Below are positions 9,263-15,118 of a DNA stretch of 32,000 nucleotides, piece after piece. The DNA comes from Paenibacillus xerothermodurans. GTDB lineage: Bacteria > Bacillota > Bacilli > Paenibacillales > NBRC-103111. The stretch spans positions 37,249 through 69,248 of the forward strand of contig NZ_NHRJ02000014.1 in NCBI RefSeq assembly GCF_002220865.2. The letters run 5' to 3'. Each line of letters starts with the position of its first letter. Positions within the stretch are counted from its first letter, which is position 1. The position numbers were made by a program, and so were the translations under genes. The notes beneath the pieces are model-generated. The model was given only the letters and a program-made list of their open reading frames with translations, did not search any database and was not told the origin of the DNA.

Positions 9263-9590
9263 CGTCCGGTACGCCTACTCACGCGCCTAGCAGCACTGTG
9301 CGGGGCGTGCGGAAGGCGTACCGGACGCAGGCGCTACTGGATCAGAGCAGAGCCTGCCACCTGCATCGGTGGACCAGCCGCGCGCATAGCACAACGGTGG
9401 CGTGGCGTGCGGCAGGCTATACCGGGGCAGGTGCGACTGCACCAGAGTAGAGCCTGCGCGCCTGCATCGGAGGACCAGCCGCGCGCATAGCACAACAGTA
9501 GCGTGGCGCGCGGCAGGCTATACCGGGGAAGGTGTTGCTACATCCGAGCAGAGCCTGCCACCTGCATCGGTAGACCGGCTGCGGCGGTCA
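9263..9590. repeat. non-coding tandem repeat, about 100-bp unit, about 3.3 copies, each with internal dyad symmetry
   Basis: Full units at 9351-9450 and 9451-9551 are about 85% identical by hand alignment. A truncated unit spans 9552-9590 and a diverged unit spans 9263-9350. The full units carry AGCCTGC...GCAGGCT arms. The diverged unit has a perfect 14-bp inverted repeat (9263-9276 / 9314-9327). Confidence 0.85.
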
Positions 9591-9995
9591 GTCTTGTTGA
9601 GCCGAGTGATATCCATGCCATGCATTGCCGGTCGGCACCTGTGGTTTGCGGCCCCCGACATTTACGCCGAGCTCTCCGGCATAGCTGCCCAGATTGCCCC
9701 CGATATGCATGCCCGCCCCTTTACTGCTTATATTAGTGCCGGCATGCACACCTGTGCTGTAATCGCCAAGATGGCCGCCGGCATGAACCCCCGTGCCTTT
9801 CAGCCCAAAATGGCCGCCTGCATGCACACCAAAGCTATGACCCCAAAGATGGCCGCCGGTATGAAGACCCATGCCATGACCGCTATGGTATCCTCCTCCC
9901 GGCGGATAAATCCCATAGTGCTGCGGCGGATACGGCTGCGCATAAGGATAAACCGGTGTTCGATCGAACGGATACGCGTAAGGATGAAATGCCAT
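9588..9995 (-). CDS. Gly/His/Tyr/Pro-rich tandem-repeat protein (YeeK-like composition; putative spore-coat protein)
   Basis: ATG at 9995 has GGAGG 9 nt upstream; the track's upstream ATG at 10010 overlaps that RBS. The product is 135 aa: a Tyr/Pro-rich head followed by six 13-residue repeats of GVHAGGHLGxxxT type. Confidence 0.7.
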   Translation of the reverse strand: MAFHPYAYPFDRTPVYPYAQPYPPQHYGIYPPGGGYHSGHGMGLHTGGHLWGHSFGVHAGGHFGLKGTGVHAGGHLGDYSTGVHAGTNISSKGAGMHIGGNLGSYAGELGVNVGGRKPQVPTGNAWHGYHSAQQD

Positions 9996-10156
9996 GATAA
10001 AAACCTCCATTCAGATTGATGATGTAGCCTATTCACAGTCTGCCGCACATGATACTTGCCCCATGGAAGTTGGGCGTGAAATGGGCATGTTATACTTTGG
10101 GGCTTTGGAAACAAACTATAGCTGCGACTTGACGCCAGAGGAGGAGGGGATAAACA

Positions 10157-10381
10157 ATGGGGGGAAATGTGGAAGACATGGAGACGAAACTAGCGGATGC
10201 AACTGCGAGCATCGAGGAAACCGGCTCGGATGAAATACTTCGTTTTTACATCGGGAAGGCGATTGACGAGTACATGAAGCTGAAGGCCATTGGAGATGTT
10301 TCAGACGAAAATGTGGAACATCTGGTGACTCAACTGGCATATGATTGTTACCGAGTGGGATATGTGGCTCAACAAAAGTGA
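10157..10381 (+). CDS. small acidic hypothetical protein (74 aa)
   Basis: Strong RBS GAGGAGGAGGGG ends 8 nt before the ATG. Composition is plausible and predicted helical. I recognise no family. Confidence 0.55.
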   Translation: MGGNVEDMETKLADATASIEETGSDEILRFYIGKAIDEYMKLKAIGDVSDENVEHLVTQLAYDCYRVGYVAQQK

Positions 10382-10457
10382 TATTGCGAACACAACGAAT
10401 AACCTACTGCCGTGAATGGCGTAGGTTGTTTGCATTCGGTGGCGAAGTCAATCGCGT

Positions 10458-10615
10458 ATCGACTCACGCACTTGCAAGGTGTGGATCTCACCAAGTGGAT
10501 CGATTCACGCGCACTGGCAAGGTGTGGATCTCACCGAGTGCATCGACTGACGCGCACTTGGAAGGTGTTTATCTCACCAAGCACATCGATTGAGCGTCGC
10601 AAGGCTGGGATGTGC
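10458..10615. repeat. non-coding tandem repeat, 41-43-bp unit, about 3.7 copies
   Basis: Units start at 10458, 10499, 10542 and 10585 (ATCGAyTsACGCGCACTTGsAAGGTGTkkATCTCACCrAGyrs). Each contains the CTTGCAAG-type palindrome and a CACTTG...CAAGTG dyad. The repeat lies between the convergent 3' ends of two genes. Confidence 0.85.
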
Positions 10616-10626
10616 ATGCCACAGGG

Positions 10627-11064
10627 TCACTGTGAAGCCTTGCCTGTCAGCTGCCGCGTGACATCAGTCGCAGCCAGCCAAGTGCCGGTTTCTCCCGCTT
10701 GTAAAGATGGGGGTTTCATCCTAAAACGTCCGCGAAGTACGAAATGCCTAAGCGGCATGGCCTGCTCATCAACCACGATCAAGCTGCCTGCGAATGTTGC
10801 GTAAGGTGAATCGAAGGCTATGCGCTTCGAGCTCTCGTCCCAATGTCCCCGAATCGGAATGGGCCGCCCGCGGAAATTTACCGTACCGTCTACAACGCCG
10901 TTTCTGACTGAGTTAATGACCAGCGTGCCCCAAACGATCGGCCGTCCGGCTATGTCCGCGCGTATTGACCAGAGGGACGGGTATGGTATGCTTACTGCAG
11001 TTACCCGTTCTGTTTGCAAATGCAAAGTGTATCTCTCCTCACTGTCGATGAATGAAATGCTCAT
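10627..11064 (-). CDS. hypothetical protein (about 132-145 aa, no recognisable family)
   Basis: The open frame has coding-like composition. ATG 11064 lacks an RBS. The in-frame TTG at 11025 has GAGGAG 9 nt upstream and may be the true start. The track's 11184 start would run through the putative promoter. Confidence 0.5.
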   Translation of the reverse strand: MSISFIDSEERYTLHLQTERVTAVSIPYPSLWSIRADIAGRPIVWGTLVINSVRNGVVDGTVNFRGRPIPIRGHWDESSKRIAFDSPYATFAGSLIVVDEQAMPLRHFVLRGRFRMKPPSLQAGETGTWLAATDVTRQLTGKASQ

Positions 11065-11123
11065 GACAAGCGTGACACTGTAACCAGTGCAAACAACAAA
11101 GCACTGGTACTCAATAGTCCCTA

Positions 11124-11151
11124 TAGTGTATGTACAGCCGGAGGAAGAAGT
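11124..11151 (-). promoter_or_regulatory. candidate sigma-K/sigma-E-type promoter for the 10627..11064 gene
   Basis: On the minus strand: AC (11151-11150), 17 nt, then CATACACTA (11132-11124). This fits AC-N17-CATAnnnTA and the sigma-E-like CATACAnT. It lies about 60 nt upstream of ATG 11064. Confidence 0.35.
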
Positions 11152-11187
11152 GCCTATGCGGCAGCTGTGAGGGTGGGCACACAACGG

Positions 11188-11232
11188 AAAAAACCGCCGA
11201 TGAGGGAGCGCGACCGCAGTTGAATCTGGCGG
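11188..11232 (-). terminator. possible terminator downstream of the MBL hydrolase gene
   Basis: On the minus strand CCGCC...GGCGG is followed by TTTTTT. The loop is long (29 nt) and an alternative CCGCcAG/CTGCGG hairpin exists, so this is a weak call. Confidence 0.35.
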
Positions 11233-11394
11233 GTATGCAAACTATTTCGCGTCGCACACACGAGTGCAGTGGATCCGTCCAGAGGTGCTGGAACGGTGAA
11301 GCGGGAGTGAGGGCGGTCTGAGCAAGCTGGCACGATGAAATTTGCGCGGCCGACGGTAAGCATAAGTTAAGAGTTCGATACACGGCTTACGGCG

Positions 11395-12360
11395 TTACCT
11401 CAGCTGCCGGCAGCGCAGTGTTTGGCCCAGCTTTAAAAGCTTGAGATTCGATTCGTCCAGGTCCAATCTTTGCCACTCCGACAAAAGACGGTCTACCGCT
11501 TCCTTAGGTGTGTCGTCGGCAAGCTTGAACGTGCCATAATGCATCGGAATAAAAGCAGACGCCCCTAAGTCAAGATAGGCTCGGACAGCCTGTTCCGGGC
11601 TTACGTGCTCCAGATGATTAAACCATTCCGGTTTAAAGGCGCCAATAGGGAGCAATGCATAATCGATGTCGAACCGCCTGCCGATTTCGCGGAATCCACG
11701 GAAATACCCTGAGTCGCCGGCGAAATAAATGGTCACGTAGCCGCCGGGCTCCGTGCTGCGTTTCCTTATAACCCAGCCTCCCCAATGCGAGGTGTCTCTG
11801 TCCCACAAGGTGCGCTTGCTCCAATGCTGAGCGGGTACAAACACAAATTCAACGTCTCCCCATTTTTTTCGCTCCCACCAACTGCATTGTTCTACGCGCT
11901 GCAGCCCTTTTTTATAAAACAATGATTGCAGGCCTTCGGGTATCAGGAACAATGGGTTTCCTGGCAGCCGCCTAAGAGAGGGGAAATGCAAATGATCATA
12001 ATGGCCATGCGAGATCAGCACGATATCCACGGGAGGCATATCCGACAGTGCAATGCCGGGCGGAGTGAGACGCTTTCCAAACCCCATTAGGTTCGCCCAC
12101 ACTGGATCAGTCACAATGTTCAGTCCTCCTATCTGAACCAAGAAGGTAGAGTGTCCGATCCAGCTGATGGTAGTTTCGTTCCGGTTGGAACGCAGAAAAG
12201 CTTTCTCCACCTGGTGCGTTTGAGGCACACGTAACATCCACTCTTTGCGTTTGTATCTCCTGTTCGGCCGGTAGCGTGTCCATTTTGCGAGATCGAGCCA
12301 TGTTTTCTTATTTTTGATATTATCAAGATTGCGATACCGTTTCCTCGCATTCCGCCTCAT
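11395..12360 (-). CDS. MBL-fold metallo-hydrolase
   Basis: Metallo-beta-lactamase motif LISHGHYDH with a downstream FAGDSGY. The ATG at 12360 has GTGAGGT upstream; the track's TTG at 12387 is the alternative start. Confidence 0.85.
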   Translation of the reverse strand: MRRNARKRYRNLDNIKNKKTWLDLAKWTRYRPNRRYKRKEWMLRVPQTHQVEKAFLRSNRNETTISWIGHSTFLVQIGGLNIVTDPVWANLMGFGKRLTPPGIALSDMPPVDIVLISHGHYDHLHFPSLRRLPGNPLFLIPEGLQSLFYKKGLQRVEQCSWWERKKWGDVEFVFVPAQHWSKRTLWDRDTSHWGGWVIRKRSTEPGGYVTIYFAGDSGYFRGFREIGRRFDIDYALLPIGAFKPEWFNHLEHVSPEQAVRAYLDLGASAFIPMHYGTFKLADDTPKEAVDRLLSEWQRLDLDESNLKLLKLGQTLRCRQLR

Positions 12361-12539
12361 AGGTGGATACCTCACTTTGTGCGTCAAGTCTCTGTCTGAA
12401 CATGATCCCGTGACAATAATTTGTCCGCGCCGGTTTTAAATCATACACGACAGTCGCTACGGCAGAAGGGCCAAGTCAAATAGGTGCCTGTATGCGACTT
12501 GATTCTGAAAAAACTGCTAATCATAGATAAAGTTACTGG

Positions 12540-12568
12540 TTGTCACGTGGCGCGTGATATGATAAATT
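12540..12568 (+). promoter_or_regulatory. candidate sigma-A promoter P1 of the tRNA operon
   Basis: TTGTCA, 17 nt, then TAAATT preceded by TGa (extended -10). Confidence 0.4.
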
Positions 12569-12652
12569 GTTAATCTGTTCAGGGGACGATGAGGCCCTGG
12601 TCGCTAGCGTATGAAACTGTGCTGCAGTACCAATTTTGGTAAATATCACTGG

Positions 12653-12681
12653 TTGAATCGTGTCTGAATATATGTTAAATT
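12653..12681 (+). promoter_or_regulatory. candidate sigma-A promoter P2 of the tRNA operon
   Basis: TTGAAT, 17 nt, then TAAATT, ending 40 nt upstream of tRNA-Ala. Confidence 0.45.
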
Positions 12682-12720
12682 AATAGTCCGACGTCATAAT
12701 GCCAATCGCATTATGTGCGC

Positions 12721-12796
12721 GGGGCCATAGCTCAGCTGGGAGAGCGCCTGCCTTGCAAGCAGGAGGTCAGCGGTTCGATCCCGCTTGGCTCCACCA
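12721..12796 (+). tRNA. tRNA-Ala (anticodon UGC)
   Basis: Hand-folded cloverleaf. Acceptor GGGGCCA/TGGCTCC includes the G3:U70 Ala identity pair. Anticodon loop CTTGCAA, T-loop TTCGATC, CCA encoded. Confidence 0.95.
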
Positions 12797-12800
12797 ATAT

Positions 12801-12876
12801 TCCCTGATAGCTCAGTTGGTAGAGCACTCGACTGTTAATCGAGTTGTCACAGGTTCGAGTCCTGTTCGGGGAGCCA
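12801..12876 (+). tRNA. tRNA-Asn (anticodon GUU)
   Basis: Acceptor TCCCTGA/TCGGGGA, anticodon loop CTGTTAA, T-loop TTCGAGT, CCA encoded. Confidence 0.95.
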
Positions 12877-12880
12877 ATAT

Positions 12881-12962
12881 GGAGGCTTAGTGAAGTGGCT
12901 AAACACGGCAGACTGTAAATCTGCTCTCTACGAGTTCGGTGGTTCGAATCCATCAGCCTCCA
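12881..12962 (+). tRNA. tRNA-Tyr (anticodon GUA), long variable arm
   Basis: Acceptor GGAGGCT/AGCCTCC, anticodon loop CTGTAAA, 13-nt variable arm, T-arm GGTGG-TTCGAAT-CCATC. CCA is not encoded. Confidence 0.9.
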
Positions 12963-13013
12963 GTTACTTCGTTTCATTTTGTTTGACGTCAGCTTTGAGC
13001 TGGCATAGCAGTC

Positions 13014-13099
13014 GCCGGAGTGGCGGAATCGGCAGACGCACAGGACTTAAAATCCTGCGGTGGGTGACCACCGTACCAGTTCAAGTCTGGTCTCCGGCA
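13014..13099 (+). tRNA. tRNA-Leu (anticodon UAA)
   Basis: Acceptor GCCGGAG/CTCCGGC, anticodon loop CTTAAAA, long variable arm, T-loop TTCAAGT. CCA is not encoded. Confidence 0.9.
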
Positions 13100-13110
13100 T
13101 AGCCTATCAA

Positions 13111-13190
13111 GCCGGTATGGCGGAACTGGCAGACGCGCGCGACTCAAAATCGCGAGGGAAACCGTGGGGGTTCAAGTCCCTCTACCGGCA
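13111..13190 (+). tRNA. tRNA-Leu (anticodon CAA)
   Basis: Acceptor GCCGGTA/TACCGGC, anticodon loop CTCAAAA, variable arm, T-loop TTCAAGT. CCA is not encoded. Confidence 0.9.
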
Positions 13191-13227
13191 TTTTATATTT
13201 ATAGCACGATGACATGGTGTAGATTCG

Positions 13228-13256
13228 GGAGCCGCAGCAGTGGCTCCTTTTATATT
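13228..13256 (+). terminator. intrinsic terminator 1 after the tRNA operon
   Basis: GGAGCC-gcagcagt-GGCTCC followed by TTTTATATT. Confidence 0.6.
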
Positions 13257-13265
13257 ATTTGGGTC

Positions 13266-13294
13266 GGCCGGCGAAGTCTGGTCGGCCTTTTTTT
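13266..13294 (+). terminator. intrinsic terminator 2 after the tRNA operon
   Basis: A 7-bp GC-rich stem (GGCCGGC / GTCGGCC, one G-U pair) with an 8-nt loop, followed by TTTTTTT. Confidence 0.6.
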
Positions 13295-13399
13295 GCGTGG
13301 CGGCTCAGTTGTTCATCCTGCTGTAACCAATTGGAAGGATTGATTTCAGCAGACAGGGTTACATTATCTTTCGTGCGATTTTTATAAAAAAGGCGAGAG

Positions 13400-14008
13400 A
13401 TGGTGAGTCCAATCATATCACATGCTGCTCCAAGGCTTTACCACTGGTTTGTGCGACCGAGATGGGTGACGAAAAAATACATACACAATCACGTGCAATC
13501 TCATTTTGATTTGAATGATAAGCATGTGTTGGACTTCGGGTCCGGCACAGGGGCCAATTCGCCCATGGTTAACCCGCTGTTTTATATCGGAGTGGATCCG
13601 GATGCCGCACGGGTGAACTATGCCAAATCGCTGTATCCCGGGCACAATTTTCGCGTGCTGAAGGATAGCAGGCTGCCGGTAGATAATGGCATGATCGATT
13701 ACATTCTTATAATCGCGGTACTGCATCACATCTCGTCCGATGAAATAGCGCAATATATGAAAGAATTCACTCGGGTGTTAAAGCCGACCGGCATGATTAT
13801 TGTGATGGAACCGCACCTCAATGATAAAAATCCGGTGTGCAACCGGTTCATGCAATGGTATGACAAAGGCGATTTCATCCGCCATGAACAGGATTACCTG
13901 CGGCTGTTTGAGGAGCACGACTATGAGTGCAGCGTACTGAAGAGGTTCAAAAAATGTTTCTTGTACAATGAATTATTCTTCGCAGCCAGACCGAAGCATA
14001 AAACGTAA
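13400..14008 (+). CDS. class I SAM-dependent methyltransferase
   Basis: 202 aa. Motif I VLDFGSGTGAN, later DYILIIAVLHHI and LKPTGMIIVMEP. The style is small-molecule methyltransferase, with no DNA-methyltransferase (D/N)PP(Y/F) motif. Confidence 0.85.
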   Translation: MVSPIISHAAPRLYHWFVRPRWVTKKYIHNHVQSHFDLNDKHVLDFGSGTGANSPMVNPLFYIGVDPDAARVNYAKSLYPGHNFRVLKDSRLPVDNGMIDYILIIAVLHHISSDEIAQYMKEFTRVLKPTGMIIVMEPHLNDKNPVCNRFMQWYDKGDFIRHEQDYLRLFEEHDYECSVLKRFKKCFLYNELFFAARPKHKT

Positions 14009-14170
14009 GCTGATACGGCTCCGGCAGCACCATTACAAATTTACACTAGTCGTACAGATCACGGTCAGCGATGGCGAGGCCGTGTGCTCTGCATATCGGT
14101 CCGAGCATTTGACACATAATACCCTAAGTGTGTCCGGACAGATAATTTTTTTCTAAAAAGGAGGCGCAGC

Positions 14171-14944
14171 ATGCGTTTCGGAACTGTTATCAAAAATAGG
14201 GTCTTTCTGTTGATCTGTTTGTTGGCACTGGCCGCGACCGCAGGGTGCTCCAACAACAAGCCGCTCAAAGTAGGCGTTGAAAACAACTTCCGTCCGTTTA
14301 CATACACCGAAGGCGGGGAAATAAAGGGTTTCGAGGTAGAGCTTTGGCAGGCCATCGCGGAGAAGGCGAACATTGAGTATGAGCTGGTGCCGATGGAGGC
14401 CGTTGAATTGAACGAAGCCGTTACATCAGGCGAGGTCGATCTGGCGATCGCGGGGTTGACGGTCAACAAAGCCCGGAAGGACAATTTTGCCTTTTCGGAA
14501 CCATACTTTGAAACGGGACTGGTCATTCTGACGACGGCAGACAACACCGATATCCAAGATAAAAAGGGGCTGGCCGGCAAGGTCGTAGCAACCCAGACCG
14601 GCTCGAGCGCCTACACGTATGCGGGCGGCATTGAAGGGTTGAAAGAAGTCCGGGGCTACGCCGACATTTCCGAAGCATACAACCAACTGAAAAACAAAAA
14701 GGTGGATGCCGTTATTTTTGATGAACGCAGCGTGCATCATTTTATGCAGACGACCGGCGACGGCAAAGTGAAAATGGTGGGAGAGGTGCTGAATAAGGAA
14801 AGCTATGGAGTGATGGCAACAAAAGAAAGCAGATACATCGGCAGAATCAACCAAGCCATCACCGCGGTAGGCAACGATGGCACCTATGAGTCGTTGTACG
14901 CAAAATGGATGGGCGGTCAGCCGAAAAAACTGCCGGGGCAGTGA
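14171..14944 (+). CDS. amino-acid ABC transporter substrate-binding lipoprotein (family 3 SBP)
   Basis: 257 aa with AAAGGAGG upstream and lipobox ATAGC|SN. Typical blocks are KVGVENNFRPFTY, GFEVELW and VDLAIAGLTVN..R...F.FSEPY. No cognate permease or ATPase gene is adjacent. Confidence 0.85.
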   Translation: MRFGTVIKNRVFLLICLLALAATAGCSNNKPLKVGVENNFRPFTYTEGGEIKGFEVELWQAIAEKANIEYELVPMEAVELNEAVTSGEVDLAIAGLTVNKARKDNFAFSEPYFETGLVILTTADNTDIQDKKGLAGKVVATQTGSSAYTYAGGIEGLKEVRGYADISEAYNQLKNKKVDAVIFDERSVHHFMQTTGDGKVKMVGEVLNKESYGVMATKESRYIGRINQAITAVGNDGTYESLYAKWMGGQPKKLPGQ

Positions 14945-15037
14945 TCCTTCCGCCACGTCTGCCGGGGCCGCAGCCCCTGCTGTGATTTCTGCCTCGGGGG
15001 AGAGATGCGCGGCCGGGTTGCCGGTGGATTGGATGAA

Positions 15038-15077
15038 GAGCCTTCGAGTCGTTCGACCGGAGGCTCGTTTTGCTTTT
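15038..15077 (+). terminator. intrinsic terminator after the binding-protein gene
   Basis: GAGCCTTCGaGTCGttCGACCGGAGGCTC hairpin followed by GTTTTGCTTTT. Confidence 0.65.
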
Positions 15078-15118
15078 AACCGCATGATTATTACTTAATG
15101 TGAAAAAGGTGATCGACC

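Noticed and set aside
9263-9590. Possibility of a DGR template/variable repeat pair or a retron-like element
   Set aside because: Differences between the units are not adenine-specific. The units are tandem rather than one sitting inside a target gene's 3' end. No reverse transcriptase ORF exists in the window.
9402-10019. 205-aa plus-strand ORF (and 9166..9450, 9503..9736) spanning the 100-bp repeats and the antisense of the Gly/His gene
   Set aside because: It has no RBS, and its Arg/Cys/Ala-rich sequence merely mirrors the repeats. The minus-strand gene has a canonical GGAGG-ATG start and a coherent repeat protein.
10458-10615. Possibility of a miniature CRISPR array
   Set aside because: The units are directly adjacent with no unique spacers, show progressive degeneration, and have no leader or cas genes anywhere in the window.
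11165-11195. T-box-like string GAGGGTGGGCACACAACGG
   Set aside because: It only loosely resembles the AGGGTGGnACCGCG T-box core. It lies on the plus strand with no downstream plus-strand gene, and no specifier or stem I architecture is visible.
12699-13102. Three listed ORFs (12699..12890 +, 12732..12977 -, 12890..13102 +) in the tRNA region
   Set aside because: They are fully explained by five tRNA genes with clean cloverleaves, so they are not coding.
13400-14008. Methyltransferase as part of a restriction-modification or defence system
   Set aside because: The motifs are those of small-molecule class I SAM methyltransferases, with no (D/N/S)PP(Y/F) catalytic motif. There is no adjacent nuclease, specificity or helicase gene.
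14426-15085. 219-aa minus-strand ORF over the amino-acid binding-protein gene and its terminator
   Set aside because: It is an antisense shadow ORF that runs through a clear plus-strand terminator hairpin.
13295-15118. Genomic island integrated at the tRNA-Leu 3' end
   Set aside because: I saw no integrase or recombinase, no direct repeat of the tRNA 3' end, and no obvious compositional break by eye. The downstream genes are ordinary housekeeping or accessory metabolism.
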